Below are positions 49,444-60,000 of a DNA stretch of 60,000 nt, piece by piece (position 1 is the first letter of the stretch; every line of letters begins with the position of its first letter). This DNA is from Lama guanicoe. Taxonomy: Eukaryota. Both the position numbers and the translations under genes were made by a program. The stretch spans positions 2,012,485-2,072,484 of the forward strand of contig MU053431.1 in assembly GCA_013239625.1 (NCBI GenBank), in the 5' to 3' direction. A model generated the notes under the pieces. It saw nothing but the letters and a program-made list of their open reading frames with translations, ran no database searches and was not told the DNA's origin.

Positions 49444-51222
49444 ACCTGCATCCCAGACACTAGGACGCTGGGCTGTCAGCCAGAGTTGTGGGCTGACCTT
49501 GGAGTCCCGGGCCCTCCAAAAGCGACAGAGCTTCCTCCCAGTGCTACGGTTTTGCCTCCAGGTTCAGGGATTCATGGACCCCCGGAGGCACTCTGTGCAG
49601 ACTGAGCACCCTGGGCTAAGTCTGGTGGGGGAGAGATGCGCCTAGGAGGGGCTCCCAGGGTCCCTGGCGAGGAGCCTCACTGAGCCCAGGTGTGGCCTGG
49701 AGCATTAAAATTAGGATTAAAGAGCACAGCAGTCCTTCTGGGCACATGCTCCCTCTGCTGGACCAGTGAGAGGGTGAGAACTGGGCAGGGGCTCTGGGGT
49801 CAGAAACCCATGAGGATGCAGCCCCTCAGGTTACATCAGGGTCCTGGGAAGCAGCCCCCTCCCGCTTCCCACCAGCCCAGCGGAGGGGTCTCAGGGAGGG
49901 GCCGGGAGGGGCCCAGGACCCCCGCCCTCCCTCCCCTCCAGTCCTGGGGTCCCCACCACCCTGCCCGGGCCAGGTGCCAAGGACCCACTTGGTTGAGAGA
50001 AAAGCTTAATCAAGACTTTAAAACATGAATCTAAAAGGTCCACTTTAATTAGGTGAATAGACAGAGAATTAAAAGCTGCTGAAAAAACCCCGGGAAAAAT
50101 GGTCTCAGAGTTCAAGACTGGTGGCGCTGGATCAGCCTAACTGATCTGGACCTGCTGATTTGGGCTTTGAAGGGAAGTCTAACTCCCTCTTAACTGATTC
50201 ACAGCCGGAGCGATTTCCTGGAGGCGGGGGCCCTGGGGTCCTGCAGCCTCTCCCGGGAGGCCGGCGTCCGAGCCCTGCTCGTCTGACTCCTCAGGACCCG
50301 TCCCAGGTTAGATGCGTGCAGGTGGGAGCCGGAGGCCACGGGGGACCCGGCGGGGACGGCAGGGAGAGGGAGACGCGCAGGCCCGTGCTGCCCCCCCAGA
50401 CGCCTTCCCAGGACACAAACCCCTTCTCAGGGGCCCGTGGGGGGGCCTCGCCCAAACTGAGCGTCTACTGGGCCATTAAAAAAAGCCAAAAAATACTCAA
50501 AAGAGATAAGCAGTACAAATCCTACTCCAATCAATTAATAGAACCAGAAAATAAAAATACAAATGAAAATCTCCCAATTAATTTTTCAAGTCGTGAGACG
50601 AAGGCCAACAAGACAGAAGAGGAGGAGCCGAGAGTCTCTCTGTATCCCTCGGGCTCTGCTGATCCAGGGAGACGGGAACCTCATGCCCGATTCCCAACGG
50701 CGTGGAGGTGGACGTTCCCGGCGGCCCGCCGACCTGAGACAGCGCTGTACTCTCCACGTACGAGGGGCCTCTCCTTGATCCACAGACTGCCTCTGAACCT
50801 GCGCGCCCTGCGGGGCTGCAGCTGTGCCGTCCTGACGTGTCCGGGGGCGTCCCAGAGCCAAGCGCCGGAGGACGGGCTGCCCAGCCCGCCCAGCCCCGGG
50901 CACGCCCGTCTCTGCGCACCTGACATTTGCAAAGCCTGACACCTGGTGCCCTGCCAAGAACCCCTGAGGTGCAGGGTGCCTGGAATGCCACGTGGTTCGC
51001 AGAAACCTAAGGCCTGCGGTCACACAAGCAGACGCCACACATGACTTGTGTGACTCCTTGTTCTGAAGGAAGTAAACCTGAAAAACAGCCTTATTGAGAG
51101 ACAGCTCACCTGCCCTACAATCCATTCACTTAAAGTGCACAGTTCAGCAGCTTTAGGTATAACCCCACAAAGGGCGACCACCACACAACCGATTTTAGTA
51201 CCCCCGTTGCCCCAAAAACAAG

Positions 51223-51543
51223 TCCTGTGTTTACAGATTTTATTTACAAACCAGAAACAGACTCACAGACAGAGAAAACAAACTGTGGCTTCTGGGGGAA
51301 GGTGGGAGGGATGGATCAGGAGTGTGGGAGCAGGAGGCACGCGCCACTGTATGTAAAATGGACAAGCAGCGAGGACCTGCTGCACAGCACAGGGGGCTGT
51401 ACTCAGTTTCTCATAATGAGCTGTAATGGAAGAGAGTCTGGAAAAAAATAATATTTCTATGTATATGTATAACTGAATCGCTTTGCTGTACACCCGAACT
51501 AACACTGTAAATCACCTACAGGTCAATAAAAAAATAAGACTTT
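51223..51543 (+). mobile_element. Younger cetartiodactyl-type L1 3'UTR insertion
   Basis: tatttacaaaccagaaacagactcacagac...gtataactgaatcgctttgctgtacacc...caataaaaaaa; flanked by AAAAACAAG at 51214-51222 and 51544-51552. Confidence 0.88.
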
Positions 51544-51805
51544 AAAAACAAGGAGAGTTTTTGTGTTGCCGGCCCCCCAGCCCCAGGCAACTGCTAACCT
51601 ACTATGTGGACGTCCATGGACGTTTCGTGTACATGGAATCACAGCGCGTGTGGCCTCGTGTGTCTGGCTTCTCTCACTGAGCGTCTTGCTTTCCAGGTTT
51701 ACCCGCGTTGTGGCCTGAGTCAGTGCTTCGCTCCTTTTCTGGCTGAGAAACATGCAGTTGTACGGACGGCCTGGTCACCACAGACGGACACTGGGTTTCT
51801 TCTAC

Positions 51806-52372
51806 TGAGGTGGGAACCCCCATAAAAAAGACCAGCAGGACCCCCAGGCAGAGCCACTACTCTCCTACCAGCACCATCCGGTTCCCTGGCCCAGCGGCTT
51901 TCTCAATCTTTGCCTCTGAAACGGCTAACTTCTAGGAAAGTGGAACTTACCCCTAAAATTCTATTGGCTCCCTGAGCTAACTCCGGATTGGTCCATTTGT
52001 TGTACTTCATTTGCATGGAGCTCACTCCTGATTGGTTATTTCCTTCCCTCCTGACTGGTCCATTTCCCTCACTCCTGATTGGTTACTTCTCTCCCTCCTG
52101 ATTGGTCCATTTCTACAAAGCTTGTTCCAAATTAGTCAACTTTTGTTATACCTTATTTGCATATGATGTTGCAAAGTATAAACTGGTGGCCTATAAAAGC
52201 CTGTGTAAACCTGCAGCCGGGGTCCTGAGCTTGCAGTGCTGACTCCTCTGGGCCCGCTGGCGTGATAAATCTGAGTTCTCTAGCTCTGAGTGCTGCGTGG
52301 TCTCTCGCCTGGATCCAGGCTGCTGTCACAGCCGAGCTGTGACACTGCGCTGTGACACACTTTTCTGCAACA
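51806..52372 (+). mobile_element. Solo ERV LTR (ERV1-like), 567 bp
   Basis: TG...CA termini, 4-bp TSD CTAC/CCAC, five ATTGG boxes, TATAAAA 52192-52198, polyA-like GATAAA 52264-52269; host L1 resumes exactly after it. Confidence 0.88.
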
Positions 52373-52964
52373 CCACTTTTTGGCCACGGTGCGTAGTGTT
52401 GCCGTGAACAGTCAAGGCAAGGCTTCTGTGTGAAGGGGTGTCCTCCTCTCTCCTGGGCTCACACCCAGCAGTGGGCTTGCTGGGTCGCGCTGGGACTCCA
52501 TACGCAACGGTTCTGAAGGACGTCTCCAGCGCACTGAGCACTGTACGTTCCCACTCGCATGCACGAGGGCTCCTAGTCCTCTTTCCACAGACTTTCATTG
52601 TCAGAAAGAAATTGTTTAAAGAGGAAGAAGAAAGCTCACGTTGTTTGCAGCCACGTGGGCACGGTCACCTCTAGCCGAGGCAGGTGGCAGCCCTGCCGTG
52701 AGCTCCTGTTCCTTTCCTCCGGCCACCTGTTGGGCAAAACAGGGCCGTGGCAGATGTGGGGGGCGTTTTCAAATCTGCACATTTTCCCGTCCAGTATCTC
52801 GGTCTGTATCTTCAAACATACCTATTTGCAAAAACAACTGACTTTGAACTCAGCAAGCCGCCAGCTGCTTCAGACCAACTTCGCTGCATGGATTCCAGGT
52901 TCCTGGGGAGACTCTGGGGGGGGTCTCCTCAGGACCCACAGCTTCACCAAATAAATCAGTCAGA

Positions 52965-53935
52965 ATTAATGAAAAGACAAGCCGCAGATGGGGAGGAAGT
53001 GTTCACAGGCCACATCGCCAACCAGGATCATACGTAGAGTACGTAAAGGACACTCAGAATTCGATAGTAAAGCGCAAATAATCCAGCTAGAAAACGGGCG
53101 AAAGACACAGGGGAGCGTTTCAGCAAAGGGGACACATGGCTATAAACGAGTGCCGGCAGAGACCTCGGCGTCCCCCGTCACCGGGGATGCGCACCCCCGG
53201 CAGGCCACCCCCCCACGCTCACCAGAATGGCTGAAATTAGGAACAGTGACAACACCAAGTGCTGGCGAGGCTGCGGAGAAGCTGGGACCCTCGGCCACTG
53301 CTGGGGCGGGGCGTGGAAACGGGCAGCCGCCCTGCAGCACAGCCGGATGCCTCACGGAAGGAAGCGTGAACCCACACACAGCCCCGCAGCCAGCCTCCTA
53401 GACGTTTATCCCAGAGGAACGGGGATGTGTCCCACGATCTGCTCACGATCACTCCAGAATCTTGACTCGCGATCGCCAAGCGAGAAACCACCAAAATCTC
53501 CTACAACAGGTGAAAGGCTAAACAGACCAAACACGGCCGAACCACAGACCACTGAGCCGGCGGAGCGCGGACAGGTCGCCGGGCCCCGCCCCGAGGGACG
53601 GGAGCCAGCCCCAGGCCACACGCGGTACACCTCCGTTTAGAGGACGTTCTTGAAGCAACAGAGTACGGAGAACAGACTGGAGGCTGCAGGGCGAGCATAC
53701 CCGGGCGGCGGGTCCGTAAGGGCCAGCAAAGGAAGGCCTCTGTGACACGAACAGGTCTGTGCTGGTGCCCTCGGTCTGCACACGTGATGACGCAGGGGGC
53801 TGGCCCGTGCCCGCTGTGGCGCCAGGCTAGGTCACGTAACGTGTTACACTTGTAGCTGGTGGGGACGTGGCACGGACGGGAATATCTGTCTGTGCCACTT
53901 CCTGTGAATCTGTAGTTATTTCAGAATAAAAAGCT
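52965..53935 (+). mobile_element. L1MC/L1MD-like ORF2 end plus 3'UTR
   Basis: aatgaaaagacaagccgcagatgggg, agaatggctgaaatt...gtgacaacaccaagtgctggcgagg, and terminal acttcctgtgaatctgtagttatttcagaataaaaag. Confidence 0.85.
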
Positions 53936-55154
53936 GTTTTCTCAGTGACAGCAGGCGTTGCTGTGCTCCCGGCCGGCTGGACCCGGGGCCCGTTTCGGGC
54001 GTGTCACAGACGGGCTCGTCCTGCCCGCGGTCTGGCTCACGGTCGTCTGGGGACGGCTGCTCCGTATTGCTTCATCTCACGTCAGAGTCATGAAAACGTC
54101 ACATTGTCACAACAGCAATTTTTAAATCTGTTTTCCCAGCAAGGCAGCAACCAAGCACAACAGCCTCGCAGAGACAGGCGGGCAGGGAGACAACGTGGTG
54201 TCAGCCGCCAGGTTTCCAGGTGTCCCCTTTACAATCCCGCACGACTGGTCCCAATAGACCACAAGTGCAGGGGCAGGCGCTTGGGCTGCAGAGGTGGGAT
54301 CCCAGGGCGCTTGCGGCCACACTGCTGCTCTGTCTCTGTCTGCCGGGGTGCAAAGGCTTGGCCGATGGGGCTCCACCTGGTGTGCGGAGGGCAGACACCC
54401 CTCTGTTCCGGCATCTCTCTGCTCCGTGGCGTCAGCGGGAACCATCACTGTCTTGCTGCTGCAGCAGCAACTGGAGTGCTCCCGAGACGTGGTGGTCACA
54501 CGGGAGCAGAGTCAGCTCCTTCCTCCCAGTGAGCTCCCCATTTTAACTGGAACCATTTGTGGTGCATCTCCGTGTGGCTAGAATTCCCTTGGTGGATGCG
54601 CACACAGCCCGAGGGCCAGCCGGGACCGCAGCCTTGGCCGTGCAGGGGTCCCTCCAAGGTCCTGCCGTCTACGCCCCTGTCCCGGGCCCCCTCTGCCCAG
54701 CTGTGCCGCCTCCTCTGGCAGAGCCCCCCAAACGCCCAGCTGGTTCTGGTCACTCTGATCCTCCAGCAGCTCCTTCCCGGGCTCAATCACCTACTCCGAT
54801 AGTTCCTGAGCGCCGGCAGTGAGCCCGGAGGGACTCGGGGGGGGGGGAATCACCCCGCCTCACCGTCCCCAATGAGCCCCGGTGCCCAGCGCTGCTCCTG
54901 GACGCCCGCACACAGTGGAGCAGCGCGGCCCAGCTGGACCCCCCTGGGGAGAGTGAGCCGGGCCAGCTCCAGCCATCTCTTCCCAACTTCACGGCGCACG
55001 GCGCACGGCGCACCGGGACCCTGTGCGTACGTACATTGCAGGAACTGGCCAGCACTGCGGATCAGACAGTTTCTCCCTGGAGAGCTAGTGGTCACGTGCT
55101 CACTGGCCGGCCACTGGCCGGCCTCACAAAACGGACGGTTTTTCCTTATCACCT

Positions 55155-58100
55155 ATTTTCTGAAGAGCGTACGTAAGGTTTATGATCACTCCTCCTTCAG
55201 TGTTTGGCAGCCTTCACCAGTGAAACCCGCGGGGCCTGGAGTCTTCCTCCCGGTGCCGTTTCTTAGATCATGAATTCACTTCCTTCCGGAGGCGCAGGAC
55301 GAGTTTCACCTTCCTGTTTCTTCTTGGGTCTGCTTTGGCTAGCTGTGTTCCTCCAGGGGTCTTCCCACTTTGTCTGCTACCTAATCTACTGGTATAAAGT
55401 TGCTTATGATATTCCCTCGCTGAATACCTGTCGCATTTTCCTGACGCTGAGAACGAGTGGGTTCTTTCCTTGATCACTCTTGCTGAGGTTTTATCAATTT
55501 TCTGGATCTTTTCAAAGAGCAGCCTTGTGGTTTGCTGATTTTCCCCACCCACCTCTACTGTCGCCCTTATTATCCTCTCCCTTCTACTTTTTTGGGCTTA
55601 ATTTGTTCCTGTTTTCCTCCCTTCTTACATGGAAATTGAAAACAACTGACTTTAGACCTCTAGATCTTTCTGCTTGTCTACTGCCAGCATTAACGTCTTC
55701 CCTCCGAGCACGGCTTCGCTGCGGCCCACAAGTTCTGACGAGTTGTGTCTTTGTTTCATTTCACTACAGATTCTTCCGGTTTCCCTTGTGATTGCTTCTT
55801 GGCCCCATGCGAGGTTTAGAACTGCATCGCTTAATTTCCAAATGCTGAGGTAGAGGTCTCTAATTTAATCCCATTGTAGTAATAGAACATACTCGTAAAG
55901 ATTCCAATCTTTTGCAGTGTATCGAGGTTTGCCTTAAGGTCTAGCACATGGTCCATGCAGGTGAATGCTCCTAGTGCTTGAAAAAGATGCGAATTCTGTA
56001 GCTGTTTGGCACAGTGTTCTGTTCCTGCCAATTGGGCAGAGCCGGCTGGCAGCTTGTCCCAGTCTTAGACCCCACTGCTGAGTCTCGTCTCCTTGCTCTG
56101 TCCAAGGCGGAGAGGAGGGTGTTGATCCCGGGCTCGTCCGTCTCTCCCTTTACGCTGGCTTTGCCTCAGTGTCTGAAGTTCGGTCATCAGGCGCTACGTG
56201 CGTGTGACTCGTCTTCCTGGTGGAAGGAGCGTCTTCTCACTACGAAACCGACCGTTCTGTCCCTGGTGAGGCTGCCCGTCTGGTGCTAGGGCAGCCACAC
56301 CGACCCTCCTACGCTTACTGGGTGCAGCGAGCCCTCTCCCTCCTAGCATGTTCAGCCTCTCTGGCCTCTTTATTTAACGTGCATCTCTTGTATTTAGCGT
56401 GGATTTGGTCTTGCTTTTTTTATTCAGTTTGATCATTTCTGCCTCTAAACTGGGAAGTTCAGTCCATTTACATTTAATGTGATTACGATAAGGCAGAGTT
56501 TAAGTCTCCCATCTTATTTGTTTTCCTTTTGTTCTGCCCAGTTTCGGTCCTCTGTTCCTACATGAATTACATCTGGTTCCACATCCTTGCTGCCTGGAGA
56601 ACTGTAACATTTCTTACAGTCCCTGTCTCCCGACAACAGATGTTCTCAGCTCAGAAAAATCTCAGATGTCTTTATTTCACCTTCATTTTTGAAGGATGAT
56701 TTTCACTGGATGTAGAATTCTTGATTGACAGGCTTTTTTTAAACTAAACGCTTTTAAGATGAATTGTTCCACTGTCTGCAGGAATCCATTCTTTAAAATG
56801 AGAACCTGCTGTTGTTCCCTGGTGTCTCCGTGTCCTTCTGTGTCCTTTTCTCTGACCGCTTTTAGATTCCCCTTCATCTCTTGTTTGTAGTAGTTTAGCT
56901 ATGCTGTGCCTAAGTTTGGTCTCCTTCGTATTTGTCCTATTTTTTATATCAACGGGTTGATATTTTTTACCAAATTTGAGGAATATTTTACCATTACTTC
57001 TTCAAATATTTTTCCTGCTTTATTTGTTGTCTTCCCTTTTGGGGGTTACAATCGCACGTTTATTGGACCACTGATACGTTAGCCCGTATGTTAGCTTGTA
57101 GCCTGCGTCCGTCCCACAGGTCTCTGAGGCTCGGCTTTATCTGTCTTCTTCCAACAGGACAGTTTCACTTGGTCTGTCCTCGGGGTTGCTGGCCTTCCCT
57201 TCTGTGGTTCCCGACCCGCTGTTAAGCCCATCTGGCGAGTGACTCCAGTCTCCATGTCTCCACTGCTTCTCCATCAGTGTTCTCGTTGCTCCCACGTTGT
57301 CAGGTACATCCCTGACAATACGCATAACCGTCATCTTACAGCCCTCGTCTTCTCACCCCAGCATCTGGGTCCTCTCAAGTTCTGTTTCTATTCACCACAT
57401 TTTTTTTATCTCTTTTTGTGCACTTAAAATATTTGTTTAATTTTTAACAACTTGGTTGAAATATGTTACAGGCTATAAATGTGCTCGTTTGAAGTGTATA
57501 ATCAGTGGTTCATAGTACATTCCCAGAGGGGTGCAACCATCATCACAACCAACTTAAGAACATGACTTTTACCCCAAAAGAAACCCCCTGCCCCTTGGCA
57601 GTGCCCCCAGCCCCCAGCCCTTGGCAACCACTAATCTACTTTCTGTCTCTGTGGTCTTGTCTACTCTAGACATTTATTTCCTGGAATCACACAATATGTG
57701 GTCTTTTGTATGTAGCTTTGTCCAGTTAGCATGATGTGTCCAAGACTCACCCGTGCTGTGGTGTGTCAGTGCCCTGTCTGTCTGCACGGTTGATTGACAT
57801 CTCGTTGTGTGGATGGTGCACACACATCCACCGATCCTCAGCTGATGGACCAGGGCTGCTGGGACCGCTCGGCTTGATTCCCCCTGAGAGCGGGTCCTCC
57901 ATTTTGCCCTTCGTCGTGGGGCAGAGCCCTTCGTGCAGGGTATGGCCCCCCCAGGGGTTTCACTAAGTGCCAGAGGTGTTCGGTGATGTCACTTCACTCT
58001 GACTGGCAGGAACTTAGGGCGTCCCGATCCTGTGGCTCCTCGGTTCTGCTCAAAGGATCATAGTGGCCCCACTCTCCTGGACCTCATGGTCTCCCCTCAG

Positions 58101-58420
58101 GGCACTGGTGGCCCAGCCCGCAGCCAAGGACCATGAACCTACATGGACGCCTCTCCCCTCTCCTGCACAGGCCCCCCTGTGCCCTGCCTGAGATGGAGAA
58201 GTGTCTCAGTGATCCAACACTGACCTCTGCCTCCCCAGCCCGGCGTGACCTCTGAACTCTCCGTCTCAGCCCACGTGTCTTCTGTCCACGGGCTTCAGTC
58301 CTGTGCTGCCTGCTGCCCGCACCCGAGAGCGCCTGTCCCCGGATTCTGTCCAGTTCTCAGCGGGAAAGGCGAGAGGCGAGTCCAGGCCAGCAGTTTCTTC
58401 CAGGTTGGACTCAGAAGGCC
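55155..58420 (-). mobile_element. Ancient L1M 5' half (5'UTR, ORF1, ORF2 endonuclease region), decayed and interrupted at 57440-57855
   Basis: Peptide remnants DGLNSGSGTTEGKASNPEDR and LKAVREK...CQSRILHPVKI (ORF1p-like); DHVLDLKANL...YNGIKLE and LFEKIQKIDKTSAR (ORF2p-like); the 5'UTR assignment of 57860-58420 is less certain. Confidence 0.8.
57440..57855 (-). mobile_element. L1MB-like 3' end
   Basis: gtgcaaccatcatcacaacc...ccccaaaagaaaccc...cccttggcaaccactaatctactttctgtctct. Confidence 0.88.
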
Positions 58421-58519
58421 ACCACAGAGACTGCTGTGTTGTGTTTTCACCCAGCGCCAGCCCACCGTGGCGATTCTGATGTAAGTGGTCCTGAGACCAC
58501 TTGGAGAAATTCTGGTGTT

Positions 58520-58700
58520 TGACATTAACCGGGGACCTACTCTGTGCCAAGCCCTGGAGAAAATGCCACACAGGCCAGCCTTGTTCAAGGCTCTCAGAGC
58601 TCGCACTGAGGCTAAGCCGTCACCTGGCCCATTGGTCAGATGAGGAGACTGAGGGCGGCAAAAGTCAGTACCTACTTTGGGGTCACACGGCTCGTGATGC
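58520..58700 (-). mobile_element. MIR SINE
   Basis: cctactctgtgccaagc...ccccattggtcagatgaggagactgagg...ggtcacacggct. Confidence 0.8.
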
Positions 58701-59300
58701 TTAAGAGGCAAGATGCCCAGGACAGCCTGCCCTGCTGAGTCATCGCGGAAGCCTGCGGCCACGTCTCAGGACCAGACTGCGGGTTTCTGGGCTCTTCCGG
58801 GGGCTCCCAGCCTCAGCCTGTCCTTTCCGGCCTCTGTGTGCTGCGTTCACTGGGGTTGCCTGACATTCCGTTCAGCATGAGAGGCACCAGGGCCGCACGA
58901 CCCCCGCCGCCGACAGAAATGATCTGCGTGTTTCCCGGCAGCTTTCCAGGGACTAGGACTTTGCCCGCGTTATCTCAGCACTTCGACACCATGCAAAGCC
59001 GGCCCAGGAAACGAGACACACAACAGATCCACCCTCAGATTTCCGGTCCCACAGCTAAGCTCAGGCCCGTGGTCAACCGCCTCGCTGCGCCATGGGGTGT
59101 TAGCACTGCCAGCAAGCCCCAAGTGTCCCCCGTGGCCGGAGCATCCCTTCCAGACAGCCGTGAGCACGGCGGACGCAGAGAGCGGCAGCTGTTTTGAAGC
59201 GAGGGGATTTTCGTAACAAAAAGATGAACAGTGAGAGGCTCCCTTGCAGTTGAGGAGGCACGTGTGGAGGCAGACCGGGGACGGAGGAGCGGGGCTCCCA

Positions 59301-59703
59301 TGGTCCTGGGCTGAGTCACGTCCCCGAACACCTACTCCTCAGTGCCCGTGGGCGTGACCTTGTTTGGAGGTGTGAAAAGATGGGGTCCCAATGGCACGGG
59401 GTGGCCCTGAGTCCAGCGACTGGCGTTCTCATAAGGAGCGGGACTCAGACATACACAGGGGGAAGCTCCCCGTGCAGACGGAGGCGGAGGGAGAGATGTG
59501 GCCACAAGCTCAGGGATGCTTGGGGCACGAGAAGCTGGCAGAGGCAGGAAGGACCCTCCTCTGGTCCCTCCGCGAGGAGGACAGTCCTGCCCACACCTGA
59601 TTTCAGACGCCTGGCCTCCAGGCCACGAGAGAATACCTTTTTGCTGTTCTGAGCCAGCAGAGCCTTGGTGCTTTGTTGCAGCCACTCTGGGAAACTCTCA
59701 CCA
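59301..59703 (+). mobile_element. MLT1 (MLT1B/C-like) solo LTR
   Basis: gtgaccttgtttgga, gccacaagctcagggatgc, cctgcccacacctgatttcagacgcctggcctccag. Confidence 0.85.
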
Positions 59704-60000
59704 CGTCTAAGACAAGCTTCTGTCTGTCCTCCTGTCTGTGTTCCCTCTCCAGGTCATGGATGCCCGAGTGTGGCTTGGTGAGCATGGAACATGGAGCCTG
59801 TCCCCCGCTTCTGCCCAGCACTCACAGACCGGACACCAGACATGTGCAGAAGGCAGTTCTGGGCAGACCCAGCTGGACGTCCAGATTGCAAGACACACTG
59901 GGTGCCCACCCCTCCAGCCACCTCCTCTGCACCTGCCCCAGGCCTGAAGTCGACTCCTGAAGTCGGGGCGGCAGGGAGGCTGTGCTGGGGACCCCGAGTG

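Larger units (their letters stand above)
51081..52603 (-). mobile_element. L1MB-like 3' end, interrupted twice (host pieces ~51081-51222, ~51570-51805, 52373-52603)
   Basis: aacagccttattgaga...cacttaaagtgcacagttca; cccagccccaggcaactgctaacctact; ccactttttggcc...ttgctgggtc are collinear with the antisense L1MB 3' end. Confidence 0.8.

Noticed and set aside
52141..52170. OCT4-SOX2 composite motif in the LTR
   Set aside because: The SOX-like TTTGTT and the octamer are not in the adjacent canonical arrangement
1..60000. Assignment to a named gene locus
   Set aside because: No coding exon, tRNA, rRNA or known ncRNA was recognised; naming the locus needs a genome alignment

Overview
GC-rich, non-coding mammalian genomic DNA. 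The L1 3' ends resemble cetartiodactyl ones, probably camelid (inference), and I saw no Alu, B1/B2, BovB, PRE-1 or Can-SINE. No protein-coding gene can be supported: the ORFs are GC-rich noise apart from decayed LINE-1 ORF1/ORF2 remnants. The window opens in a CpG island with a perfect CTCF core. It contains three strong REST/NRSF (RE1) sites, two of them tandem, plus an RFX X-box beside a second CTCF site and more than a dozen AT-rich, homeobox-motif-dense islands. This looks like the regulatory landscape (intron or flank) of a neuronal or developmental gene. Ancient repeats (MLT1, LTR16-like, MIR, L2, L1M, MER53) become dense after about 38 kb and include a nested L1MB/L1/solo-LTR stack. The repeats show strong AT-to-GC erosion. 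The least explained structures are an ~87-bp inverted duplication (48.6/49.4 kb) and an 11-bp-phased GTAACTG array (29.7 kb). I found no evidence of a new gene system. Repeat subfamily names come from recalled consensus sequences, not from a computed alignment, and most repeat boundaries are approximate.
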